DNA of 64,000 nucleotides, from the NCBI GenBank assembly GCA_050173015.1, contig JBFXLE010000010.1:1-64000 (forward strand), read 5' to 3'. Positions 20,390-29,562 of the stretch are shown here, in pieces. This DNA is from Calditrichaceae bacterium (lineage in GTDB: Bacteria; Calditrichota; Calditrichia; Calditrichales; JBFXGD01). Position numbers and translations under genes: made by a program. The notes beneath the pieces are model-generated. The model had not been told where the DNA came from, did no database searches, and saw only the letters and a program-made list of their open reading frames with translations. How positions within the stretch are numbered: position 1 is the stretch's first letter; the number at the start of each line of letters is the position of its first letter.

Positions 20390-21177
20390 AAGCCGCAAGA
20401 TCAGTATTAATAGAACTTATCCATATCCTGGGAGAGTTTAAAGATGAAATTGTTGTTATTGGTGGATCTGTTCCACCTTTATTATTGCCCGATACCACGA
20501 ATGAGTATGTTGGCACATTAGATGTCGATTTAGCTGTTAACCATAAAAATATAAGTGATGATACATACAGTACAATCCGACAACTTTTAATTGATCATGG
20601 ATACGTTGAGCATGAAAATCAACCCTTCATATTCTTTAGAGAAGTAAAAATCGATGAGCAAGAGATTGAAGTTCAAGTTGACTTTCTTTCGGGTGAATAT
20701 GGTGGAACCGGTAAATCGCACAGAACTCAGCATGTACAAGATATAAGGACACGAAAAGCGCGCGGCAGTGATTTGGTTTTTGATGATTATAAAGAAATCG
20801 AGCTTGAAGGAAATTTGCCGGGAGGCGGAAAAGATAAAGTACAATGTAAAATATCCGCCATTGTTCCTTTTATTGTTATGAAAGGTATGGCGCTTCATGA
20901 TCGGCTAAAGGAGAAGGACGCCTGGGATATTTACTATTGTTTAAGAAACTATCCCGGAGAAATAGATGCTATTTTAAGAGAATTTAAACCATATTTAGAA
21001 AATCATCTTGTTATGGATGGTTTAAATAAGATTAAAGAAAAGTTTTTATCCGCAGACCATATAGGCCCAAAACATGTCGCTGATTTTGAAAATTTAACCG
21101 ATGAAGAACAGATTGAATACAAAAAGCGCGATTCCTTTGAAAGAGTTAAATATTTGCTTGACAACCTGGGCATTTGA
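20353..21177 (+). CDS. AbiEii-type nucleotidyltransferase toxin
   Basis: VVIGG..P...GTLDVDL NTase motif, KEKDAWDIYY; overlaps the antitoxin stop. Confidence 0.8.
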   Translation: MVTKRDFKKRDVEAARSVLIELIHILGEFKDEIVVIGGSVPPLLLPDTTNEYVGTLDVDLAVNHKNISDDTYSTIRQLLIDHGYVEHENQPFIFFREVKIDEQEIEVQVDFLSGEYGGTGKSHRTQHVQDIRTRKARGSDLVFDDYKEIELEGNLPGGGKDKVQCKISAIVPFIVMKGMALHDRLKEKDAWDIYYCLRNYPGEIDAILREFKPYLENHLVMDGLNKIKEKFLSADHIGPKHVADFENLTDEEQIEYKKRDSFERVKYLLDNLGI

Positions 21178-21400
21178 TCAATATTGATTTTATAGTTTGT
21201 TATAACTGAATAAAGCTATTAACAGCATTCGGCAGGATTAATAAAATAAATAAGATTGGTGATGGAGCGGGTCGGCGTATGGCTAATCATATCGTCTGGT
21301 GATTAAAAAAAAATTAGACTTTGGAAAACAAGTAATATTTTTTTGCTAAAGTGGGGAATTTTAAATTCCGCTTGAAAGCCCCGGTTTAGAACGTGGCAAC

Positions 21401-21447
21401 AAAATACCATCCGGCCTGAGGATAATCAAATCCTTTTAGCCGGATGG
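21401..21447 (-). terminator. Terminator closing the - strand regulon block
   Basis: Stem CCATCCGGC/GCCGGATGG with TATTTT tail on the - strand. Confidence 0.6.
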
Positions 21448-21526
21448 AGCGAGGGAGGTGTTTTTGGGGTATAAAATGTTATTTATTTAAATGTTTTAAA
21501 ATTGAATTTCTTTAAATTCCGGTTTC

Positions 21527-22780
21527 TTATTTCTGTACTGTCCGTACACAACGTACATAATTAAATATCCTGACCGCGTCGCCTTGCGGTCCGTGGCCTG
21601 TAGGATAATCATCCGGATTACCAACTTTGGGATCGCTGCGCTGGGCGCCGGCACCATGCACATCCTGCCACATTCCATTCATGTAACCCATCGCGCGCCC
21701 AAAGCTTACATAAACCGCAAAGGCGCCGCCAACCGATGACCAGTTGCTATGCGTGGTGCTTGTCCAATAGAACCCATAGTCATCCTGCCCGGCTTCATTG
21801 GTAATCAGGGTGCAGTTAAAAAGCGGATCGATGGCGGCAGAAGCGCTTGTTCCGGACGAATATGTGTAATCAACGATACTTTGCAGCTCTTTTGCATCCG
21901 GTAAGCGCCAATCGGTATAGCCCGCGTATTCAAGACTTTCCGCATAGCTCAGAGCGTCTTCCCAGTTCATGGCCGTTTTACTGTCATTTTGCATCCACAT
22001 CAGTCCGGTGGCGTCATCAGTGATCGTACTGTCGCCGTTATCGCTAAAATTATTTATACCGTATTCCGTATTGCCTCGGGTGTATAAAACAAAGAAGGTT
22101 TTTTCACCCGGTCCTAATGAGGTTTGCAGACCATACCCTTTGATGCGGCCATCGGCAAAATTTACCCCAAACAATAAATCTCCGCCGGTATATAGAGATG
22201 TCGTGGCAAATTGAGAATCAATAACGCGCTCACCGGCTTCCACATCACCATAGGCAAAATCGAAATATTCCGTATCAATAAAGGGAACGAGTTGGTCCGT
22301 TGACGCGCCTTCATAGCCGCTTGGGTCCACACCGCTGAACAGTATAAGTGAGTACAATTCTTTGATGCTTGGCAACCGCCAGTCATCATAACCGGCCTGA
22401 TCAAAATACTCGGCCCCGGCAAGCGCTTCCGAATATGTCATTTTATCATCCGCGTCAATATCCCCGTCACCATCCATATCCGGACTCTTAGCCCACATCA
22501 GACCGGTTACTATGTCTGTAATAGTCCCATCACCGTTATCCACATAATTTGTCTCGTTGTGTGAATACATGGCGTCCTGCCCGTAAAACGCGTCACCTTT
22601 TGATGGAGCCACCGTTACATTGTTGTTATCGTAGTATTCCGTTTGATTGGTACTCACAACAGGATAGCCGCTTATCTCAGACAGATTATCGTCAGTTACC
22701 TCTGTACTTGTTAACGCGTTATTGCACGCCGTAGAAAGAGTGAACACCAAAGTCAGCCATATTAATATTCTTGATTTCAT
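21527..22780 (-). CDS. DUF1566 (Lcl C-terminal-like) domain lipoprotein, two domains
   Basis: Lipobox STAC; twice DNGD.TITD..TGLMW...DWRLP..KEL; ends NYVRCVR. Confidence 0.85.
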   Translation of the reverse strand: MKSRILIWLTLVFTLSTACNNALTSTEVTDDNLSEISGYPVVSTNQTEYYDNNNVTVAPSKGDAFYGQDAMYSHNETNYVDNGDGTITDIVTGLMWAKSPDMDGDGDIDADDKMTYSEALAGAEYFDQAGYDDWRLPSIKELYSLILFSGVDPSGYEGASTDQLVPFIDTEYFDFAYGDVEAGERVIDSQFATTSLYTGGDLLFGVNFADGRIKGYGLQTSLGPGEKTFFVLYTRGNTEYGINNFSDNGDSTITDDATGLMWMQNDSKTAMNWEDALSYAESLEYAGYTDWRLPDAKELQSIVDYTYSSGTSASAAIDPLFNCTLITNEAGQDDYGFYWTSTTHSNWSSVGGAFAVYVSFGRAMGYMNGMWQDVHGAGAQRSDPKVGNPDDYPTGHGPQGDAVRIFNYVRCVRTVQK

Positions 22781-22809
22781 TTTTTTGTTCAGCTTTATAG
22801 TTTAAATTC

Positions 22810-23205
22810 TTACCTGCGGCCCGGTCTTTGTGGCCTGTCCGGTTTCTTGTCTTTCATATACGCTTCATATTTAGCGATTTGATCATCATTTAACAGTTCT
22901 TTAACCCGGTTATCAAAATCCTTTTTTAAATCTTCCATCGCTTCGCGCTGGCTTTCCCGATCGCCTTTATTCTCTTCCATTAATTCTTTCGCGTCCTCAA
23001 AATGCGCCATATACAGATCGGTTATCGCGGATTTCTGCTCATTGGTTAAAGTAAGCGCTTCAGCCAACTCATCTACCATTTTTACAATTTGTTCGGAATC
23101 GGGGAGCTTTGGCGGGCCTTGCCGCTGGGCAAACAAATTGCCGGTAATTATCAGACTTATCAGCATGAGCAACATCGTGTAAGTTCCAGATCTTTGCTTA
23201 ATCAT
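22810..23205 (-). CDS. Secreted helical protein, Spy/CpxP (LTxxQ)-like
   Basis: Signal peptide, LTLTNEQK and LLNDDQ motifs, P/R-rich tail. Confidence 0.7.
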   Translation of the reverse strand: MIKQRSGTYTMLLMLISLIITGNLFAQRQGPPKLPDSEQIVKMVDELAEALTLTNEQKSAITDLYMAHFEDAKELMEENKGDRESQREAMEDLKKDFDNRVKELLNDDQIAKYEAYMKDKKPDRPQRPGRR

Positions 23206-23251
23206 TGTGTTTCTCCTTTTGTTAAAATGATATTTTCTGTTCTATTACTTG

Positions 23252-23278
23252 AGACGTTGATTGGGAAAAAAACTTGTG
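23252..23278 (-). promoter_or_regulatory. ECF sigma promoter motif
   Basis: CACAAG-N16-CGTCT upstream of the CDS starting at 23205. Confidence 0.75.
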
Positions 23279-23317
23279 GTTGGATTTATTTTTTTTATCC
23301 GCGGGTATTTTATAGAT

Positions 23318-23351
23318 AAAATAACCCTTCACTAACAGGTGGTGAAGGGTT
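23318..23351 (-). terminator. Rho-independent terminator
   Basis: AACCCTTCAC/GTGAAGGGTT stem with T tail on the - strand. Confidence 0.7.
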
Positions 23352-23377
23352 AAGTACGTGGTATCTCCGCAACCCGG

Positions 23378-25147
23378 TCAGGAATTGACAAACGGCTGTT
23401 TTTCAAACTTCATGGTTCCGTCTTTTCCTTTATAAATATTTATCCATACACGCCAGTTCTCATCGTCCATATCAGGATAATCCAGCCGGTAATGACTACA
23501 GCGGCTCTCTTTACGCATAATGGACGCTTTGAGCTTCATCTCGGCGCTGATTATCATATTGGCGGTTTCATGCGCCAGTCTCAGCTCATGCAAATCGGTT
23601 GCTTTTAGCATCGGCATGTGATGATCGCGCAACTCTTCGATATAAGCCAAAGCGGCTTTTAACAGATTTTCCTTTTTGATATAAAGTATAAAGTTGGGAA
23701 TCATGATGCCCTGCAAAGTTTGTGTAACCCAGGCGGGGCTATAACCGGCTTCTTTTTTTAATGGCGCGAGAATCTCTTCCTGAACTTTATCCCGTTTTGA
23801 TTTTGAGATTTCAGACAATTCAACATTTTTTGAGTAATCGGCTGCCGCCTCCGCCGCTATGGCCCCCTGAACCGCGGAACCGGCTAAGGAGGATCCAATC
23901 TGTGTATAGATAGCCCCAGCCATATAAGATCCCAGTGCATCACCGGCCGCGTACAAGCCCGGAATATTGGATTCACATTTTTCATTAATCGGCACCAGTC
24001 CTTCGGATTTATGAATGGACATACCGGCGGAAGATCCGCCAACAACGGAACCGCCCATTCCCGGAGGTCCGCCGCCTTCACCATCAGGTCTTTTTCCCCC
24101 CGGCCGGGAACCTTCGCCACGAGGTGGCCTGTCACCTTCCTGTCTGCCATCGCCACCCTGAGGGTGGTCCTGGCTAAACTCGGCAGGCCGGTAAGGTCCT
24201 CCTTCAATTTGTTGAGATTGCCCCATTCCCGGAGGCCCCATCTGAACCGAATTCCCGCTCATATAGGCCATATAATTCAACTCAACACCCAAATCGTGGC
24301 GAATACCTACACCGGTTGTACCCGGTTTTTGTTCAAACATGCCATGCCAGCCGTCATAACAGGCCGCGGCATTGGTCGCCTGACCGGGATGCCCGTCGTT
24401 CCACTCTTTACCGGTGACTTTCGCGCCGATGTTATAGGCCATAACGGTCCCATCATGTGTGAGATCGCAAATGGGAAATCCATTTGGCTTAAAACCACCG
24501 GCCCCTGTACACAGAATAACACTTTTCGCGCGGAAAATGTGGACCTTTTCTTCATCCAAACTAAATCCCGCCGCCCCGGCAATACGGCCATTTTCCTTTA
24601 TAAGATGTGTGATGGTGATCCGTTCCATAACCGGTATATCGCGCTCATCAATGGGTTTGCGGAAAGAGTTATTGTACAGGTTGGAATCAAAGAAACCCCA
24701 TTCCCGTAACTCATTAACACGAGCCAATGAATGTTCAGCCACCTGGCGGGTATAAACCGGATTATTTGTACCAAGGGCAGAGCGGGAGACCGATTCTACA
24801 AACTCATCAAGCGTAAGATTTTCCTTTGATGAATCATACGCGAAAATGCCTTTCGCGAATGGTGTTTGCCCGGATGAGCCTAAGCGGCCTTTTGAAACTA
24901 GCAATGTCCTTGCCCCGGCGTCATGGGCTTTTACGGCCGCGAATAACCCGGCCATGCCGCCGCCTATCACCAAAACGTCGCTGTCTGTTTCGGTAAACTT
25001 CATCTTAGTGATATCCACTTTAGGGCGTTCTGAAGACCAACCGTGTTTTAATCCCACTGACGCGAGGGCCGCTAAACTTAAAGCGCCGCCGGCCATTGCA
25101 AAAAATTGACGTCTGGAAAGATCATTATTTTTACGCGGCTTTTTCAT
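23378..25147 (-). CDS. Tat-exported FAD flavoprotein of the SdhA/FrdA/AprA superfamily
   Basis: SRRQFF twin-arginine signal, DVLVIGGGMAG, ILCTGAGG, IPGLYAAGD, RKESRCSHYRLDYP. Confidence 0.88.
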   Translation of the reverse strand: MKKPRKNNDLSRRQFFAMAGGALSLAALASVGLKHGWSSERPKVDITKMKFTETDSDVLVIGGGMAGLFAAVKAHDAGARTLLVSKGRLGSSGQTPFAKGIFAYDSSKENLTLDEFVESVSRSALGTNNPVYTRQVAEHSLARVNELREWGFFDSNLYNNSFRKPIDERDIPVMERITITHLIKENGRIAGAAGFSLDEEKVHIFRAKSVILCTGAGGFKPNGFPICDLTHDGTVMAYNIGAKVTGKEWNDGHPGQATNAAACYDGWHGMFEQKPGTTGVGIRHDLGVELNYMAYMSGNSVQMGPPGMGQSQQIEGGPYRPAEFSQDHPQGGDGRQEGDRPPRGEGSRPGGKRPDGEGGGPPGMGGSVVGGSSAGMSIHKSEGLVPINEKCESNIPGLYAAGDALGSYMAGAIYTQIGSSLAGSAVQGAIAAEAAADYSKNVELSEISKSKRDKVQEEILAPLKKEAGYSPAWVTQTLQGIMIPNFILYIKKENLLKAALAYIEELRDHHMPMLKATDLHELRLAHETANMIISAEMKLKASIMRKESRCSHYRLDYPDMDDENWRVWINIYKGKDGTMKFEKQPFVNS

Positions 25148-25790
25148 TTTGGTTTAGCTCCCTTGTTTTTATCGGTTTCAAAAAATATGTTTTTAGAACA
25201 AGCATTTCACTGCTCATTGCCAGAATAATGATATAAACGGTCATGGCCAGGTTGGTATGACGACCGAGATCGATCATATGCCATGAGGCAATCGCGATAA
25301 AGATCATTGCCAAAATACCATGAATATATCTCCAGTTTATATAGCTCATAGACAACCTGTCGCGAAAGAATGAAAGTATGCCCAAAGTCAGCATTAAGCT
25401 CCACGCGATTAGCCCTAGTATCACCCCCAAACTGTCAAATGTAGTAATGATTGTGACAAATGCCTCCAGCGGGGTAACACCGGCTTCAAAAAATCGTGGT
25501 ACTACCAAAAGAAACGGGTGAACCAGGAAAACCGCTACTGCCGTATATCCAATGAATTTGTGGTATTTAACAATCCTGTTCATCTTGAACAATTTTACAG
25601 CCTTTCTGTTACTTCTTGTGAGAAAAAAAAGTCCAAGCATCAGGGGAAAGGCAAGAATGAACAAAATGGACAAGGATTCTTTCAAAACTGTTCGACGAGC
25701 GAAGTCTCCCAGGATATATATCATTAAAGGGAAACCAACAAAAAATCCCGCTACAGGAACAAACCAATCTTTCTTAGTATATTGCATCAT
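25131..25790 (-). CDS. Ferric reductase-like transmembrane (heme b) protein
   Basis: About 6 TM helices with paired His (YHKFIG...LVHP; WRYIHG...SWH); no FAD/NAD-binding domain. Confidence 0.8.
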   Translation of the reverse strand: MMQYTKKDWFVPVAGFFVGFPLMIYILGDFARRTVLKESLSILFILAFPLMLGLFFLTRSNRKAVKLFKMNRIVKYHKFIGYTAVAVFLVHPFLLVVPRFFEAGVTPLEAFVTIITTFDSLGVILGLIAWSLMLTLGILSFFRDRLSMSYINWRYIHGILAMIFIAIASWHMIDLGRHTNLAMTVYIIILAMSSEMLVLKTYFLKPIKTRELNQNEKAA

Positions 25791-25794
25791 TTTT

Positions 25795-26010
25795 TTACCC
25801 CCAGGAAACGATGACCGGAATCGATTTTTCCGGCGAAATGGTTATAGCGTCAACCGGACAATACATCCGGCAAAGATGACAGATTTGGCAATCGGCGGGA
25901 TACATGATAACCGCTTTTTTCGAATCGGGATCAAGACGAATCACATCTGTCGGGCAGGTCTCTACGCAAGTTCCGCAACCGATACATCCGTTTATGCTTT
26001 CTATTGACAT
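25795..26010 (-). CDS. 2x[4Fe-4S] ferredoxin (AprB-like)
   Basis: CIGCGTCVETCP and CQICHLCRMYCP. Confidence 0.92.
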   Translation of the reverse strand: MSIESINGCIGCGTCVETCPTDVIRLDPDSKKAVIMYPADCQICHLCRMYCPVDAITISPEKSIPVIVSWG

Positions 26011-26062
26011 TTATTTTATTCCTTTCCTTTTTACCGGAATAATTTAGTTGCTTTATTAATTA

Positions 26063-26089
26063 TGACGTTTTTTTGGGAAATCTCTTGTG
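26063..26089 (-). promoter_or_regulatory. ECF sigma promoter motif
   Basis: CACAAG-N16-CGTCA upstream of the ferredoxin. Confidence 0.72.
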
Positions 26090-26230
26090 GCTTACTTTGA
26101 GTTTTTTTTAAAAAAAAACCTTCTTTCCGCCGGTTTGGGATGTTCTTATTGTTGTGGTTCACCGGTATTAGCGTCCCGGGTGCCGTTAAGCGGGATTATC
26201 TAATCCGTGATGCTTCCGTTCTATGTATTT

Positions 26231-26464
26231 TTATTCCTGAGGTTCTTTGAAAACATGTTTTGCGGCAGGCCCGTAGATTTTTTCAGCACATGTTTGACAG
26301 ATCCCATGAGAAATGCGTTTTTCCAGCTGCAATTTTGAGATATCCATTAAAAACCGCGCCACATTAATGGGTATCCATTTATTATTAATTCTTACAGAGT
26401 GGCAGCCGGCGCACATTGTTATCATGTCTTTGTGGAGGCCCATGTTGGTTGTTTTTTCTCGCAT
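26231..26464 (-). CDS. Small CxxC...HGICxxC putative metal-binding protein
   Basis: MCAGCHSVR...W...ISHGICQTC, a motif usually seen at the C-terminus of PAS/REC sensor proteins. Confidence 0.65.
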   Translation of the reverse strand: MREKTTNMGLHKDMITMCAGCHSVRINNKWIPINVARFLMDISKLQLEKRISHGICQTCAEKIYGPAAKHVFKEPQE

Positions 26465-26554
26465 AATTGGTCTTCTTCCCTGTTAGACACCTTGAATTTT
26501 ATTTCCTGAAAAACATGCGCCGTATGGAATTTATTTGATACCGGTGATGTGGTT

Positions 26555-26584
26555 AAAAAGCCCTCCAAATGGCGGATGAAGGGC
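26555..26584 (-). terminator. Probable terminator
   Basis: GCCCTCCA/TGAAGGGC stem with T tail on the - strand. Confidence 0.55.
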
Positions 26585-26623
26585 AGTATAAATTTCTAAT
26601 GTTTTAGTGATCTTTCGTCGCTA

Positions 26624-27391
26624 TTATTTTTCTTCAACTTTTATTATTTGATTAAAAACCAGCTCAAAATCGAGTGTATTGAGCCTGTCACCTTCGATGG
26701 CGGATACGTCCGGTACCATAAGTCTTACTTCTTTCACTTTTTCTTTTAATTCCGGAAAAGTCACGACATATGTTAATTTGGCATGGTGGTATATGGTTTC
26801 TTCTTTTTCGGGTTTGTTATCAGTCTCTTTTGATTTTTTTAATTTCTTTACCCAAACCACATTAGGGCCAAAATCCCAGAAAGGATCATGTTTTGCATGC
26901 CTGATTCCAATTCTCGTCCCTCTTCCTTTGTGCCACGCGCGGTATGGGTACATGGGATAATAGGACCAGCCATAGTTCATGCCAAAATAATAATGAATTT
27001 CCGGATCTACGATCACATACTCGCCATTGGTTTCAGTCTTTTCACCAAAAGTCATTGTAAGCGGTTTAAGCTGATTACCAAAAGAGTCAATCAATCGTGT
27101 TTGCGCCGGTTTAATCGATATTTTGGTTTCACGATTATTCTGAACTGTAATCCAGAACGTTGGGTGGATTATTTCGCCATATGGCTCAGGCAGCATTGCC
27201 GCCTGGACAGTTACTTCAATGTCCTCCATTCTCTGGGTCACAGAACCTGATTGTAAATCGATTTCCGCTTCGTTCACCTGGCTGCCGGGTTCCAAGGAAA
27301 CCGTTTGTTGTATACCGGCGCAACCGGCTAAAATAAACGATATGGCCAGGATGACCGCTGTGAAATGTTTACGATTGAATATGCCGGCCAT
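26624..27391 (-). CDS. Hypothetical lipoprotein
   Basis: Lipobox LAGC; AAGGAG RBS; internal Tyr/Pro-rich segment. Confidence 0.78.
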   Translation of the reverse strand: MAGIFNRKHFTAVILAISFILAGCAGIQQTVSLEPGSQVNEAEIDLQSGSVTQRMEDIEVTVQAAMLPEPYGEIIHPTFWITVQNNRETKISIKPAQTRLIDSFGNQLKPLTMTFGEKTETNGEYVIVDPEIHYYFGMNYGWSYYPMYPYRAWHKGRGTRIGIRHAKHDPFWDFGPNVVWVKKLKKSKETDNKPEKEETIYHHAKLTYVVTFPELKEKVKEVRLMVPDVSAIEGDRLNTLDFELVFNQIIKVEEK

Positions 27392-27433
27392 GATTTGCTC
27401 CTTTCTTCAGTTGTTTGATTGATCAGACACATC

Positions 27434-27952
27434 TTAAGTTTTATGCTTTAATTTTTGATATAGGCACACTCCACCCACAATGTCCCCGGAATTGTCAAAT
27501 AATGGAGATCCGGTCAGAGCGATAAGGAATATCAGTCCATTACTGAGTTGTAAATATCTTTTAAATTTTAAACCGATAAAAAATCCTTTTACCGCAAGAT
27601 CTTCCCATGAAGATGGCATGATATCACCTCGCGGATTTGGTTTTCGAAACAGTGGGGCAAATGTATCCAGGGGTTCACCAATCGGATCTGTTTCTTTTCT
27701 TCTCAGGTCGTTATTTGCGGTAGTATCGCAGAATATGACTTCCCGGAATAAATCGAAGGCGATAAGAGAAACCTTTCTGTTTGATGTTGTTTCGAAAAAA
27801 CTTTCTCTTACTAAAAAATGTTTTGTTTTAAGAAATGTTTTGAAATCATATTTTTGTGATTGACGCGGGGTAAGTGTGAGCGGATTGTGACCGTAAAGAA
27901 TGCCATACCCTGGATTCTGAATAAGTTGATCATTCATGTGAGACTCCTTCAT
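27434..27952 (-). CDS. Hypothetical protein with PAS-like C-terminal region
   Basis: LIAFD...VIFCDTTA and LTGSPLFDNSGDIVGGV resemble PAS/PAC strands. Confidence 0.55.
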   Translation of the reverse strand: MKESHMNDQLIQNPGYGILYGHNPLTLTPRQSQKYDFKTFLKTKHFLVRESFFETTSNRKVSLIAFDLFREVIFCDTTANNDLRRKETDPIGEPLDTFAPLFRKPNPRGDIMPSSWEDLAVKGFFIGLKFKRYLQLSNGLIFLIALTGSPLFDNSGDIVGGVCLYQKLKHKT

Positions 27953-28028
27953 TTTGGGTGTCGTAGCATTCTTTATGTTAGGGTATTCCTCCTTTAGCTT
28001 TTGTTCTTATTCATCACTCTATATATTT

Positions 28029-28055
28029 AGACGCTGATTCTGAATAAAACTTGCA
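28029..28055 (-). promoter_or_regulatory. ECF sigma promoter motif
   Basis: TGCAAG-N16-CGTCT upstream of 27952. Confidence 0.72.
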
Positions 28056-28081
28056 GGTATTTGCCTTAAATATTACAAAAC

Positions 28082-28113
28082 AAAAAAGCCCTTCATTGTT
28101 GTTACTGAAGGGC
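28082..28113 (-). terminator. Rho-independent terminator
   Basis: GCCCTTCA/TGAAGGGC stem with T6 tail on the - strand. Confidence 0.75.
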
Positions 28114-28148
28114 AATTAAATAGTTTCAGGTTATGGTTTTGTCAAATT

Positions 28149-29534
28149 CTAATTCACGTAATTCATTACCGTACTATAGCGGCTGTTCACATGGGAGATT
28201 AAATAATTCACCGCCGTATTAAAATCGCTGTCAGACTCCAGGAATGTGTACTTATCCTGCTCGCCATTAGCGCCAATTACATACTCAGAAATCAGATTCT
28301 GGTAATATTGGTATTTGCTTGTCATTTTTGCCGGTTCAAACGCGGTCTCAACAACTTGTCTCAGATAAGTTTTGTAGCTGTTTAAATATTGCTCATCATC
28401 CAACAAATAGCGTATTAGAGGCCAGGAACTATTGACTTCACTACAGGAAACCGACAGAGCTCCCGTTTGTTTCCCTGTTTGCAGGGCTTCGTTGTTGTCC
28501 CAGGGGATCCATGTTAACCAGCTATGTTCAGGATCATTATAAAGATAATAATTATGAGGCATCCGGCCATAGGTATCCCAGTTTTGAACAGCGATATTGA
28601 CAGTAAGCCATTTTAGAAATCCATTCACATTAAAAACCGTTTCAAGGGAAGCCCTCCAGGAAGCGGCATTGGTTGTTCTTTCGGATGAATGCAAAACATC
28701 AAAAAGCGCTTCAACATCCGACCAATCACCGTCTTCATTGGTCTTCTTCTCAAAATAGGACGTGCTGAATGTATTGGCGGCAAAACTGGCGCCGGTGCCT
28801 TCCGGTTTGTAAAGGTTCCCGTCATTTTCTGTAAACTGCTCTTTTATCACCGTGTCATCCACAATTTCAATCATTGTATAAAGCCCAAAATATGTGGGTC
28901 CGTCACCATGATCGATATAAATACGGTAAAAGGCGGTTTGCGGCGCGGGTACACCAAAATCCCTGAAAATTTCCGGCACAACTTTTTCACGGAGTAATGA
29001 TTCGTCATCGAAATTACTGGAAAGAGAAAGTTCTTTAAACCCATAAAAGCGCTGATTGGTGATCTGCGGAATCTCATCTTCATAATAGTCAATATTAAGC
29101 CTTAATGGCAGTTTCCATATTCCACTTGCCCAGGTGGATTGTAAGCTGGAATTTCCTTTAAAACGAACACCAACCTGATACCATTCGATACCATCTAAAA
29201 AAACAGAGCAGGGGACATAAACCGGATTCTCGTTCGAGTCATCCGCGGGCGCTGTGACACGTGATCCGAAACTACCATAGTTCTGTTCCATATCATCCAG
29301 CATTACCTGCCAATTTTCGCTATCTATTACAAGATCCAAACGGTTCACCCGGTTTTGAGGAAAAACAATATCATAGTCGGGATCGGCGCTTTTCCCGTGT
29401 GTGGTTTCGGTCCAGTCAGGAGTCTCAAATTCCGTATCAATGACCGGCTGATTTTCGGTGCTGTTTGTACTTGTGTCTTCACAACTAATCAGAATTGACA
29501 AGAACAGCAGTACAGATAGAATTTTGTTATACAT
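28149..29534 (-). CDS. CotH kinase family lipoprotein
   Basis: Lipobox LISC; VGVRFKGNSS, NWDTY...HNYYLY...WIPWDNNEA. Confidence 0.9.
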   Translation of the reverse strand: MYNKILSVLLFLSILISCEDTSTNSTENQPVIDTEFETPDWTETTHGKSADPDYDIVFPQNRVNRLDLVIDSENWQVMLDDMEQNYGSFGSRVTAPADDSNENPVYVPCSVFLDGIEWYQVGVRFKGNSSLQSTWASGIWKLPLRLNIDYYEDEIPQITNQRFYGFKELSLSSNFDDESLLREKVVPEIFRDFGVPAPQTAFYRIYIDHGDGPTYFGLYTMIEIVDDTVIKEQFTENDGNLYKPEGTGASFAANTFSTSYFEKKTNEDGDWSDVEALFDVLHSSERTTNAASWRASLETVFNVNGFLKWLTVNIAVQNWDTYGRMPHNYYLYNDPEHSWLTWIPWDNNEALQTGKQTGALSVSCSEVNSSWPLIRYLLDDEQYLNSYKTYLRQVVETAFEPAKMTSKYQYYQNLISEYVIGANGEQDKYTFLESDSDFNTAVNYLISHVNSRYSTVMNYVN

Positions 29535-29562
29535 GTCCTTCTCCTTATGGGTATAAATTTTC

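Noticed and set aside
21527-22780. DUF1566 protein as a DGR target
   Set aside because: No template-repeat copy of its 3' end and no RT seen in the window.
23378-26010. Calling the flavoprotein/ferredoxin aprAB or sdhAB
   Set aside because: Tat signal, missing covalent-FAD His, a low-complexity insert, and no sat/qmo or sdhC-type neighbours; only superfamily-level assignment is supportable.
26484-26510. Seventh ECF promoter upstream of the CxxC protein
   Set aside because: Only TCAGG-N15-TGTCT: both boxes and the spacing deviate from the six consistent sites.
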